From: Yuukianura sp. NJ FZ-2021
Taxonomy: Eukaryota
Direction: 5' to 3'
Assembly: GCA_046563655.1 (NCBI GenBank)
Contig: CM102287.1
Coordinates: forward strand, 992,001-1,056,000
DNA: 64,000 bases
Position numbers and translations under genes: made by a program. The notes under the pieces were generated by a model that saw only the letters and a list, made by a program, of their open reading frames with translations, was not told where the DNA came from and made no database searches. Shown one piece after another: positions 1-10,980 of the stretch. The stretch's first letter is position 1. Each line of letters begins with the position of its first letter.

Positions 1-278
1 AATCCGGTGGAACTTCCACTGTTCTCGTCCGCTTTGACCTTTGACCCTTCACTCAAGTTTTTCTTATGATAAGTCTTTGACCCAGAAGGTCATACAACTA
101 GTATTAGTACATGTAATTTACTAGCTGGAATGCAGTGAAGCTTGCCTCAGTAAATTGTTTACAATGACATGAAACATCAATTCAAAATGAAGGGTGGCTG
201 CAGGGATACGTTGATGAAACAAATAAATGTAAAACGTTTATTCCCTCTATCCATTCTGTAAACTTTAATTTAATTGAA
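1..278. repeat. Block A, diverged duplicate of 10981-11264 (continues beyond the left window edge)
   Basis: Both start AATCCGGTGGAACTTCCACTGTTCTCG and align with small indels through ...AACTTTAATTTAATTGAA. Confidence 0.92.
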
Positions 279-1314
279 AACAACTTTCACTATTGTAGTC
301 CATATTTGCTCACAACAAGAAACAGTTTTTTCAACATAACTTTCATTTTCCACGCTTAGATTTCAATTAAAGTGAATTTTCGAATGGAAACTAAAATTAG
401 AAAGAAAGTTGGTGAAAATAATGCAAAGAAAGTGAAATTGGAAAGCTTTTAACCTTTGATTTTGTTTCGATTTTGTTTGGAGAAGAGAAAATGTGCGGAG
501 AATTTGTGTTTTGAGAGTGGACGAAACACAATCTGAAAATAAAGCGAGTTAACTCATACGGGCTCTCCCTGTTCTCAGCAACTTTCTGTGATTTTCACAC
601 TCAAAAAATTCAAGTTATTCTGACGAAATGATGATGGAAAATCATCACAAATGACATTTTGCACAAGAAAATTGGTACGACTGTCTTTTCTGTTTCTTCA
701 CAAGAAAAAAACAGCAATTTTGGCATTAATTGGCCTTTTTAGCTCTGTTTTCGGATAAATAACATGAAAAATTCATTTTTAACTTTCATAAGAAAAGTAC
801 AAAGAAAGTTTGAGAAACAGAAGCAAAAAAAGTGAAATTGAAAAGGTTATAGAACTTTTACTTTAGATTTAAGAATCGAAACCGCATGCAGAAAATGTAA
901 GTTTGGTGTTCAAAAACCAAAATAAAATTGGAGTGAACTCCAATAGATTCAGCCTGATCTGTGGAACTTTCTCCGTTTTTTCACTCAAATTGCTTGTTTC
1001 TTGGGGGTTTGGAGTTGGGATGGTCCCCACATGCATTTTTTCCATTGCCACCCACTCTCTCCCCCACCATCCAACTCCAAAAGAGTAAAATCTCCCTTCG
1101 TCTTACTCCTTTCGTCTCTCATATAAAAGGGAAGCTCAGCAAATTCTTCGCATTCACTCTTGTGGTCTCATACGAGAAATGAAAGCAGAGGAGACACAGT
1201 TTCCTTATGTAAACAAACAGCATCTGTCTCTTCTTCAGTTGTTTTTAATTGTCATATCCAATTAACTTTGCTTTTAGTTAATTAATCGATTGAATTAGAT
1301 TTGAATTCAGAGTC

Positions 1315-1921
1315 TATGAGGGCTACGGGTAAGGATGCTTCGGACCTTGCCCGTGCTCTCAAATAAACAAAAGAAAAACCAGAAACGGAAGCAACGATAT
1401 GTGGGCTACGAATTTATTCGTAGCTCATGACCTTAACACTACAATGGCCCACTAGGGCAAAAACAATGGGCCTGAAGGGCCTATAACCGAACCAATGAGG
1501 GAAGGGAGGGAAGGAAGCGGGTAACAGGCCAATACCTGGCCTATGACCACTAACTGGTCAGTGACCACTAACTGGTCATGACCACTAACTGGTCAGGGCC
1601 ACTAACTGGCCTCAAGTGGACGTAGAGCGTCCATTTGACCTTACGGTGACCCTTTGGCTGGCGGAAGAAGATGAAGAGGACAGGCACGGCGTGGCAGGAG
1701 GATCTGCTGCTGCTGCTGACTGCATGAGAGCTGGAATCCGAGTGAGTCGCTCGTGCAGCTCCTGCTTCTCCTTCTTCTTTTTTGAATTCGGGGAAGCGGG
1801 AAGCGGGGAAACACTTATGGGCATTGCCCTAACTTATCTTTTTAATTCTTTTTAACTATTTTATATTTTTAGCTTAGCTTATATTTTTAATTAGTTGTTA
1901 ATTGAGGATCATATCCTCACA
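1315..1921 (-). repeat. 3' LTR
   Basis: Direct repeat of 7049-7655; element-strand ends TGTGAGG...CCTCATA; AATAAA on the minus strand at 1413-1418. Confidence 0.95.
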
Positions 1922-1924
1922 TCA

Positions 1925-1934
1925 CCCCCTCCCC
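1925..1934 (-). other. Polypurine tract
   Basis: GGGGAGGGGG on the minus strand, 3 nt before the 3' LTR. Confidence 0.88.
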
Positions 1935-2313
1935 GCATTGTAGCTTTGCTACAAAGAGAGGAAGACAAGAAAAACAAAGAAATTTTGAAATGAAAACAAA
2001 TAAACTAGAAAACAAAACTTATGCTAATATGTACAAGCTAATGAATTGGAAAATTTTGGCATTTTTCAAAGATTGAATTTGGCTTAAAACTACTGTGCTG
2101 AAGGCACTTAATATGGGACTCTAGTCCCAACTAAATCTACCACTAGACTAACTGAGCACAAAAATCGTTGCTGTCGTTTGGCTGTTGCATAACTGGGTTA
2201 CTCTGCTTGGTTTGACGCTGGAAAATGCTCCTGCGGACGGAGCTGTAAGGTTAGGGTTTGAACAAAGACAATTTTGGAAAAGCGAAGTCTTTCTAAAACC
2301 AACAAAAGAAAAA

Positions 2314-4989
2314 TTAGTTGCCTGTCACACGACTGCGCAAGTTGTAACTACTTTGGACTGGAACCGGCTTAGTTTTTACTGCTTTCGCGAACGTCAAAGG
2401 TTCAGGAATAGGTTCGGAAGGGCGGGAAAAATACCTTTTTAAATTGACTATGTTATGGCGACCTGCGTTTTCCTCAGAACCATACAACTTTAGGCCATAA
2501 ACTAGGGGCGTAACCTTTTCTGAAACGACGTAGGGACCTTCCCATTTAAACGCAAACTTTTTCATGATGCCTTTAGCTTTGTCAGACTGTGGATGCGTGC
2601 GCAGGAGAACTAATTCACCAATTTCGAAGGCGTCTGAGCGACGTTTTGCGTTGTAGTACTTGGCTTGCGACGCTTGTGCTTTTTCTAAGTGTTCCCTGGC
2701 TAAACGATAGACTTTTGAAAGACGCTCGATTAATTTTAGCTGGTACTCTGTCCATTCTGCAAATTCATCGCTCTGGGAGTCATCTAAAGCCAAATCAAAA
2801 GGAGTCGAGAGCTCGCGGCCAAAGTTTAACATGGAGGGACTGAAACCGGTCGAATCGCTGATCGCCGTACGCAAAGCCATTGCGACTTCTGGGAGATTCT
2901 CATCCCATTTTGAATGTTTGCGAGCGACGTAGGCGCGAAGAATGGCTACCACGTTCCGGTTGACACGCTCCGTAATGTTCGCCTGTGGATGATAAGTAGA
3001 AATGAACTTTAGTTTGACTTGCCAAGTTTTACAAAGTTTCTTAAACAACTCGGAGGTAAATTGAGAACCATTGTCACTAAGTATCGCCCTGGGCCTACCG
3101 AAACGACAAAACACTTCCTGTTCGACTTTTTGGACAATCTGCGGAGCCGTAGCCTCTCTAAGGGGAAAGATTTCAACCCACTTGGTAAAATGGTCTGTAA
3201 CGACTAACAAAAAGGTGTTTTGACGCTGTGTCTTTGTAAGGGGGCCTATCAGATCAAGTGCCAACATATCCCAAGGACCTCTAGTCTGAACGCTGTGTAA
3301 CTCACCTACTGGTTTTGTAGTGGGATTTTTAGTCTTTTGACAAATGTCGCAGGACGTAACGAACTTGTAAATGTCCTCGTGCATACCAAACCAAAATACT
3401 CGTCGCAGCAAACGATAGAGGGTTTTTCGAAAGCCCATGTGACCTGACTCTGGGCGGTCGTGAAAATAACTCAAAACTTGAGAACGTAAGGAAGATGGAA
3501 TAAAGGGAAGCTTTCCGGAATATTTCCCTAGTCGGTAAAGAATTCCGTCGTCGACTACGAAATCCTTTCCTGTGTCCGTGAGCAACGCTTGGACTTCTAA
3601 ATCTTTACTTTGCTCTTCTTTGAGCTGTTCCAATGAAATTTCGCGCGTCAGTGAAAGAAAAATGGCGGGGGAAGAACGATTAAGTGGAAAATTTAAGTTT
3701 TCACGATGATCTTCAGCATCCTCACTTTCTCCTACTGGGGCTCTTGAAAGGGCATCAGCTACAACGTTAAGTTTCCCTGGACAATGAGTAATAATGGGCT
3801 GGAAATCCTGAATTCTAAGGGCCCAACGGGTAAACTTACTGTTGACATCTTTCATCTTGTCTAACCAAACGAGAGCTCTGTTGTCTGTCTCGAGGCGAAA
3901 TCTCTGACCGTCAATGTAATGTTCAAATTTCTTAAGGGCAAACAAAATACCTACACATTCGATTTCACTAGAACCGTAGTTCTTTTCTGCGTTATTTAAG
4001 GAACGACTTGCAAAAGCAATTGGTCTCTCAAAACCATTAATTTCCTGGGCAAGGACTGCAGAGACACCAACCTTGGACGCGTCCGTCCGGATGATGAACT
4101 CTTTGGAAAAATCTGGAAAAGCCAAAACTAGCTTATCGGAACAAATTGCTGCTCTGAGCTTCAAAAATGCAGATTCCTGAGCATCTGACCAATCAAAGGG
4201 GACATCCTTATGTAACAAACGATTGAGGGGCTCACTAACCTCCGAAAACTTGTCGACAAACTGCCGATACCAGGAGCAAAGTCCTAAAAACTGACGAACT
4301 TGTTTAGGCGTCGTTGGCCTGGGGAACTCAGAAACTGCCGAAACTTTCTCCGGATCACGCTCAATTCCGTTTGGAGAAATGATATAGCCTAAGTACTTTA
4401 ATGTAGTTTTGCCAAACTCACATTTGTCCTTATTTACAGTAAGACCTGCAGATTGTAAACGTTCGAAAACGTACTTTAAGTGCTCTAAGTGTTCTGTCCA
4501 GGAATTGGAATATACAATGATATCATCAATGTACCCATCAGCAAAGCGACCTCTCGCTGTGCCTAGAACTTTATTTACAAGCCTTTGAAAAAGAGAAGGG
4601 GCTGACTTTAGACCAAAGGGCATTCGAGTGAATTGAAATTTCCCTTCATGACAAATAAAAGCAGTATATTTGGCACTATTTTCATCTAAAGCTACTTGCC
4701 AATAGCCTTTCTTAAGATCAATGACGGAAAGAAACTTAGCCTGTCCTAAGTTATGGAAAAGATAATCTAACCTAGGAATAGGGAAAGGATCATGAGGAAG
4801 CCGCGCGTTAACTTTTCTCAAGTCCAGGGTAAATCTCCAAGATTCGCCTTTGTCTTTGGTGTGCATATATACAGGGGAAGCCCATTCAGATTCGGAGGGA
4901 ACAATGACTCCTAACTTTAACATTTCGGAAACGTTGTCAGCAATCAAATTGTCTTTTAAAGGGACTAACGGGGTAGGGCTTCGAAGCAA
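2314..4989 (-). CDS. pol: Pol: reverse transcriptase - RNase H - integrase (true N-terminus lies upstream across a frameshift)
   Basis: 891-aa ORF with RT motifs (IDLKKGYWQ, MPFGLK, YIDD), RNase H (TDAS..GVSAVL, TDNRAL, ADALSR), integrase HHCC (HDRPESGH..CDIC), DDE core (LDLIG, SDNGSQF, TERVNR) and GPY/F motif (KWEGPYVV). Confidence 0.96.
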   Translation of the reverse strand: MLRSPTPLVPLKDNLIADNVSEMLKLGVIVPSESEWASPVYMHTKDKGESWRFTLDLRKVNARLPHDPFPIPRLDYLFHNLGQAKFLSVIDLKKGYWQVALDENSAKYTAFICHEGKFQFTRMPFGLKSAPSLFQRLVNKVLGTARGRFADGYIDDIIVYSNSWTEHLEHLKYVFERLQSAGLTVNKDKCEFGKTTLKYLGYIISPNGIERDPEKVSAVSEFPRPTTPKQVRQFLGLCSWYRQFVDKFSEVSEPLNRLLHKDVPFDWSDAQESAFLKLRAAICSDKLVLAFPDFSKEFIIRTDASKVGVSAVLAQEINGFERPIAFASRSLNNAEKNYGSSEIECVGILFALKKFEHYIDGQRFRLETDNRALVWLDKMKDVNSKFTRWALRIQDFQPIITHCPGKLNVVADALSRAPVGESEDAEDHRENLNFPLNRSSPAIFLSLTREISLEQLKEEQSKDLEVQALLTDTGKDFVVDDGILYRLGKYSGKLPFIPSSLRSQVLSYFHDRPESGHMGFRKTLYRLLRRVFWFGMHEDIYKFVTSCDICQKTKNPTTKPVGELHSVQTRGPWDMLALDLIGPLTKTQRQNTFLLVVTDHFTKWVEIFPLREATAPQIVQKVEQEVFCRFGRPRAILSDNGSQFTSELFKKLCKTWQVKLKFISTYHPQANITERVNRNVVAILRAYVARKHSKWDENLPEVAMALRTAISDSTGFSPSMLNFGRELSTPFDLALDDSQSDEFAEWTEYQLKLIERLSKVYRLAREHLEKAQASQAKYYNAKRRSDAFEIGELVLLRTHPQSDKAKGIMKKFAFKWEGPYVVSEKVTPLVYGLKLYGSEENAGRHNIVNLKRYFSRPSEPIPEPLTFAKAVKTKPVPVQSSYNLRSRVTGN

Positions 4990-5083
4990 TGGGGGGTCCA
5001 GGAGACGGTGTCAACTCACACTTAACCCAATCAGTCAGGCCTAACTGAGAAGAAAAAGTGAGGGAAAACTATCGGTCAAGGTC

Positions 5084-5617
5084 TTAAGGTCTCGAGATTG
5101 AGCATCGCTGAAGTCCCAAAAGTGCGCACAGGTACTCGCGATTTGTAGAAATCGTATTCCAAACGACCTTTAGTTTTTGTCCCGTTAATGGAAAATTTGT
5201 ACCGTCATGAAAGTCAGGAACCAAGTGATAGTTCCGAATGAAGTCAAGTCCGAGAATTAATGGAAATGGGGGAGACTGGAGTACGTGTACTCTCTGAACA
5301 TACTCGTCCGTATATATTTTGAACTTTAAATTGGCTGAACCTAAAGTACTGATCGTGCTAGAGTCTCCAATCGTTAGCGTTAGTTTACAGTCTGGGGTAA
5401 AAATTAATCCCAATTGCTTAGCTAAAGAGAGAGAAATGTGGGAGTAGGTAGAAAGAGAGTCTAGATGAGCTGAACAAACCAAATTTCGAATTTTAACTTT
5501 AATTGTGGGAGCTGCTTTCGAGAAATCTAATTTCGGAAGGATAGGGGCTCCCGTCCTACCTTCCGTACAAGTTTGGAGGATCAGGAGTGGACTGGGTAAC
5601 TCTCTCGTCCCTGTCAA
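5084..5617 (-). pseudogene. Retropepsin-type aspartic protease region, frameshifted relative to gag and RT
   Basis: SAHLDSLSTYSHIS catalytic-like motif and C-terminal LILGLDFI motif; located between gag and RT. Confidence 0.82.
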
Positions 5618-6616
5618 AATTCTGCAACTTTGGAGTCATAGGCACAAAGGAAGGGACTTCAGCTACTGAATGTGGAGTGTACTGCTGTAGGTTACTGTCT
5701 ACCGAACGTTGCTGGGCACTACTCTGCCTACTCTCATTTCCTGGAAGTGGACGACTGGTACTAGCAATGCTGGGCTTAACTGAACCTGAGCTAGCTGGAG
5801 GGCGCTGTACATCGGAACTAGAAGGAGCTGAATCGTTAGAAGCCCTAGGCTGATATCGTGCAGATGCTTTCTCTCTAAGCCTTTGATTGTGTTCAGAAAA
5901 ATCATCCGAAGCTTTAGCACGGAGTAATGGCTTGTTCTCGAAGCGTCTAGTCCTATTCAGATCACCTATGATTGCTTTACCATGAGAGATAAGCTCCGCT
6001 ATCCCTGTCGCTGGGGAAGATCTAAGCAGAAGAGAAATTTCTGGAATACAGGAATTTAGAATTCGGTCCCTTATTGTTTGTATGGGTGTCTGAGGATCGA
6101 TGCGTTTGTACGAATTGGAAATATCCCACGCAAAAGTTTCAAATGGTTCGGCAAAAAACTGTTTTCGAGAAAATAATTCAGAAAGAAGTTTGTCTTTTGA
6201 CTGGTCAACACCTTCATAGTTTTGAAAAACCACTTTAAAATCATCCCAAGTACTGATACTATCCTTTGTATCCAACCACCATCGGAAAATGTCGGAATCT
6301 TTGTGGAACATTCGACTAATCAAAACCAATTTTCCTTCCTTCAGATAAATTTTTCAGAGCAAAATAATCTTCAGCGTTCTTTAAAGAAAGAGGAAATAGG
6401 CATACGCTTGTGAATATTTGGGAATTGGAATCACTGCCTGCGTGTTCGACTTAATAAAACTTGGGGCGCGGTAGGTGGGGTGATAGCTAGTACGGGCGCG
6501 GCGACTACGGGCGCGGCGGTTAATTGTGCTTGCATTGCGGCTAATTGTGCTTGTAAAGTTTGTAATTGTTGACGCAAGTCAGCAATTACAACGTCTTTGG
6601 AATCGGTGGGGTCCAT
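5556..6616 (-). pseudogene. gag: gag, broken by frameshifts around 6330-6440
   Basis: ATG at 6616 opens a coiled-coil N-terminus (LRQQLQTLQAQLAAMQAQL); ORF 5556-6329 has retrotransposon gag-like WW..TWDDFK..F and RKQ..EPFETF motifs; the bridging sequence needs several frame changes. Confidence 0.82.
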
Positions 6617-7035
6617 AATTGAGACTGAATCCGAAAATCTGATTTAGTTGAGTGAGAATCTGAGTAAGAAACAACGAAAATTAGGAATTAGGAATTAATT
6701 TTGTACAATTTAGTTTAGTTTACGCGGCATTGTTTTGAAAAGTTGCGAATTTGAACTTTAAAAAGAATTTGCAACGTGAAAATCCGAAATGTTTATTTGG
6801 GGTTCGGTACCGCGCTCGACTTGAAAAATGTAAAGCAGAGCGGTGCAGTCAGCACTGCTGTGTAAAACCGTACCGTATTGCTGTTATGCTTATAGGAGGG
6901 GAAAAACCATGCCGTAATCCGAACCAATTGCCGAAATGTACCGAATTCGTCGGTATTACGCCGTTAATCGGTGATTAATCCTTGATTAATCATCGATTAG
7001 CACAATGGGAGAGCTAAAGGGGCGGTCAAACCGTC

Positions 7036-7046
7036 TTTCGGCACCA
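7036..7046 (-). other. Primer binding site, tRNA-Phe type
   Basis: TGGTGCCGAAA, 2 nt inside the 5' LTR boundary, is complementary to the animal tRNA-Phe 3' end ...UUUCGGCACCA (recalled, not searched). Confidence 0.8.
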
Positions 7047-7048
7047 GA

Positions 7049-7655
7049 TATGAGGGCTACGGGTAAGGATGCTTCGGACCTTGCCCGTGCTCTCAAATAA
7101 ACAAAAGAAAAACCAGAAACGGAAGCAACGATATGTGGGCTACGAATTTATTCGTAGCTCATGACCTTAACACTACAATGGCCCACTAGGGCAAAAACAA
7201 TGGGCCTGAAGGGCCTATAACCGAACCAATGAGGGAAGGGAGGGAAGGAAGCGGGTAACAGGCCAATACCTGGCCTATGACCACTAACTGGTCAGTGACC
7301 ACTAACTGGTCATGACCACTAACTGGTCAGGGCCACTAACTGGCCTCAAGTGGACGTAGAGCGTCCATTTGACCTTACGGTGACCCTTTGGCTGGCGGAA
7401 GAAGATGAAGAGGACAGGCACGGCGTGGCAGGAGGATCTGCTGCTGCTGCTGACTGCATGAGAGCTGGAATCCGAGTGAGTCGCTCAGTGTAGCTCCTGC
7501 TTCTCCTTCTTCTTTTTGAATTCGGGGAAGCGGGAAGCGGGGAAACACTTATGGGCATTGCCCTAACTTATATTTTTAATTGTTTTTAACTATTTTATAT
7601 TTTTAGCTTAGCTTATACTCTTAATTAATTGTTAATTGAGGATCATATCCTCACA
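7049..7655 (-). repeat. 5' LTR
   Basis: Direct repeat of 1315-1921; followed on the element strand by the PBS. Confidence 0.95.
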
Positions 7656-8152
7656 AGTCATAGAAGAATTTTGAGTAGGGCATGGGTAACTCTGGCGGCC
7701 ACAAACATCTTCTTACCTGCGCCAATTTTGGGAACACTACATGTTGGATTTAACCCTATATAAAATCAGTAGAAACAACAAATTAATGAAATTAATGGAA
7801 ATCAACATCAAATAATCAAAACTTTTTTTAATCTTAATTAGTTTAATTAAAACCAATTAAGTTTGAGCGGATTCTTTGCAGTTTACTTAAATGTCTTTTG
7901 TTTGAATTTTTTTAAAATGCCCATATGTGAAGACGTGAAGGGTGCAGGGTAAAAGCTAATTGTTGGACTCATTTATTTCTGTTCAATTTCAAATTGAGTA
8001 GTTGGCTCCTCTTCTGATCGGAAGGCGTCTTGCCTCCTTATGAGGATCGAAAACACTTTCAAGGAGAAAGTTGTTTCGCCAATTGGAAAGTTGTGCAAAT
8101 TACGAGGTCTTTAACGATAATTTGGCACTCAAATTGGCGGTTGATCAGAGTG

Positions 8153-9692
8153 AAACAACTTTCACTAGTGTAGTCCATATTTGCTCACAACAAGAAACAG
8201 TTTTTTCAACATAACTTTCATTTTCCACGCTTAGATTTCAATTAAAGTGAATTTTCGAATGGAAACTAAAATTAGAAAAGAAAGTTGGTGAAAATAATGC
8301 AAAGAAAGTGAAATTGGAAAGCTTTTAACCTTTGATTTTGTTTCGATTTTGTTTGGAGAAGAGAAAATGTGCGGAGAATTTGTGTTTTGAGAGTGGACGA
8401 AACACAATCTGAAAATAAAGTGGAGTCAACTCATACGGGCTCTCCCTGTTCTCAGCAACTTTCTGTGATTTTCACACTCAAAAAATTCAAGTTATTCTGG
8501 CGAAATGATGATGGAAAATCATCACAAATGACTTTTTACACAAGAAAATTGTTACAACTGTCGTTTCTGTTTCTTTCCAAGGAAAAACCAGCAATTTCCG
8601 CATTAATTGGCCTTTTTAGCTCTGTTTTCGGATAAATAACATGAAAAATTCATTTTTAACTTTCATAAGAAAAGTACAAAGAAAGTTTGGGAAAAAGAAG
8701 CAAAAAAAGTGAAATTGAAAAGTTTATAGAACTTTTACTTATAGATTTAAGAATCGAAACCGCATGCAGAAAATGTAAGTTTGGTGTTCAAAAACCAAAA
8801 TAAAATTGAAGTGGAGTGAACTCCAATAGATTCAGCCTGATCTGTGGAACTTTCTCCGTTTTTTCACTCAAATTGCTTGTTTCTTGGGGGTTTGGAGTTG
8901 GGATGGTCCCTCCATGTATTTTTCCTATTGCCACCCACTCTCTCCCCCACCATCCAACTCCAAAAGAGTAAAATCTTCCTTCGTCTTACTCCTTTCGTCT
9001 CTCATATAAAAGGGAAGCTCAGCAAATTCTTTTCATTCACTCTTGTGGTCTCATACGAGAAATGAAAGCAGAGGAGACACAGTTTCCTTATGTAAACAAA
9101 CAGCATCTGTCTCTTCTTCAGTTGTTTTTAATTGTCATATCCAATTAACTTTGCTTTTAGTTAATTAATCGATTGAATTAGATTTGAATTCAGTGTCATA
9201 GAAGAATTTTGAGTAGGGCATGGGTAACTCTGGCGGCCACAAACATCTTCTTACCTGCGCCAATTTTGGGAACACTACATGTTGGATTTAACCCTATATA
9301 AAATCAGTAGAAACAACAAATTAATGAAATTAATGGAAATCAACATCAAATAATCAAAACTTTTTTTAATCTTAATTAGTTTAATTAAAACCAATTAAGT
9401 TTGAGCGGATTCTTTGCAGTTTACTTAAATGTCTTTTGTTTGAATTTTTTAAAAATGCCCATATGTGAAGACGTGAAGGGTGCAGGGTAAAAGCTAATTG
9501 TTGGACTCATTTATTTCTGTTCAATTTCAAATTGAGTAGTTGGCGCCTCTTCTGATCGGAAGGCGTCTTGTCTCCTTATGAGGATCAAAAATACTTTCAA
9601 GGAGAAAGTTGTTTCGCCAATTGGAAAGTTGTGCAAATTACGAGGTCTTTAACGATTTAATTTGGCACTCAAAATGGCGGCTGATCAGAGTG
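8153..9692. repeat. Tandem unit B, copy 2 (complete, 1540 bp, empty LTR site)
   Basis: AAACAACTTTCACTA recurs at 8153 and 9693; collinear with copy 1. Confidence 0.94.
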
Positions 9693-10738
9693 AAACAACT
9701 TTCACTATTGTAGTCCATATTTGTTCACAACAAGAAACAGTTTTTTCAACATAACTTTCATTTTCCACGCTTAGATTTCAATTAAAGTGAATTTTCGAAT
9801 GGAAACTAAAATTAGAAAGAAAGTTGGTGAAAATAATGCAAAGAAAGTGAAATTGGAAAGCTTTTAACCTTTGATTTTGTTTCGATTTTGTTTGGAGAAG
9901 AGAAAATGTGCGGAGAATTTGTGTTTTGAGAGTGGACGAAACACAATCTGAAAATAAAGTGGAGTCAACTCATACGGGCTCTCCCTGTTCTCAGCAACTT
10001 TCTGGTGATTTTCACACTCAAAAAATTCAAGTTTTTCTGACGAAATGATGATTGGAAAATCATCACAAATGACATTTTGCACAAGAAAATTGGTACAACT
10101 GTCGTTTTCTGTTTCTTCACAAGGAAAAAATAGCAATTTTGGCATTAATTGGCCTTTTTAGTTCTGTTTTCGGATAAATAACATGAAAAATTCATTTTTA
10201 ACTTTCATAAAAAAAAGTACAAAGAAAGTTTGGGAAAAAGAAGCAAAAAAAGTGAAATTGAAAAGTTTATAGAACTTTTACTTATAGATTTAAGAATCGA
10301 AACTGCATGTAGAAGATGTGACGATGTGATTTTGGTGTTCAAAAACCAAAATAAAATTGAAGTGGAGTGAACTCCAATGGATTCTGCCTGTTCTGAAGAA
10401 CTTTCTCCATTTTTAGACACAAATTGTTTGTTTCTAGGGGGTTTGGAGTTGGGATGGTCCCCACATGCATTTTTTCCATTGCCACCCACTCTCTCCCACA
10501 CCATCGAACTCCAAAAGAGTAAAATCTTCCTTCGTTCTACTCCTTTCGTCCCTCATATAAAAGGGAAGCTCAACAAATTCTTCTCATTCACTCTTGTCTC
10601 TTGTGGTCTCGTGCGAGAAATGAAGGAACAGGAGACACAGATTTCTTATGTAAACAAACAGCAGCTGTTTCTTCTTCAGTTATTTTTAATTGCCATCTCC
10701 AATTAACTCTTATTTTAGTTAATTAATCGATTGAATTA
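9693..10738. repeat. Tandem unit B, copy 3 (partial, more diverged in its right half)
   Basis: Collinear with copy 2 until ...AATCGATTGAATTA at 10738. Confidence 0.92.
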
Positions 10739-10820
10739 TGAATCAAATGATTGAGGGAATAGATTCATCACATCACTAGATTCATCACATCACGTTTAAT
10801 TTTGAATTGGTGAAAAGATG

Positions 10821-10980
10821 TTGGGGGGTTTGGAGTTGGGATGGTCCCTGCATGCATTTGTTCCATTCCCACCTCATTCTCTTCACCACCCCCCAACTCC
10901 AAAAGAGTAACATACAAAGCAATCCTACTCCTTCCCTCTCTATATAAAAGCAAAACTCAACAAATTGTTCCTTTTCACTC
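10821..10980 (+). promoter_or_regulatory. Diverged copy of the inverted-repeat/TATA/Inr-like module of unit B
   Basis: TTTGGAGTTGGG...CCCAACTCCAAA inverted repeat (10829-10903), TATAAAAG at 10943 and TTCACTC about 31 nt later; the same arrangement occurs with TATA at 1122, 9005 and 10556. Confidence 0.5.

Larger units (their letters stand above)
1315..7655 (-). mobile_element. Full-length Ty3/gypsy LTR retrotransposon (6341 bp)
   Basis: Two 607-bp LTRs; 4-bp TSD AGTC at 1311-1314 and 7656-7659; PBS and PPT in the expected places; gag-PR-RT-RNaseH-IN order on the minus strand. Confidence 0.97.
278..8152. repeat. ~1.54-kb tandem unit B, copy 1 (278-1314 + 7660-8152), split by the LTR element
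   Basis: Starts AAACAACTTTCACTA. Removing 1315-7659 restores ...GAATTCAG AGTC ATAGAAG, matching the uninterrupted copy 2 (...GAATTCAG TGTC ATAGAAG near 9190). Confidence 0.93.

Noticed and set aside
620..656. CTGACGA followed by a TGATGAT/ATCATCA stem in unit B, resembling a hammerhead core
   Set aside because: The stem is followed by CAAA rather than GAAA, stems I and III are not evident, and copy 2 reads CTGGCGA.
869..1182. Short ORFs in unit B and their counterparts at 8369-10982
   Set aside because: Mostly non-ATG starts, frames differ between copies, and no domain similarity is recognisable.
1612..1855. ORFs within the LTRs (also 7346-7558)
   Set aside because: Low-complexity by-products of LTR sequence, disrupted differently in the two LTRs.
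1935..2313. Possible env or extra ORF between pol and the 3' LTR
   Set aside because: Only ~380 bp, AT-rich, with no minus-strand ORF of useful length.
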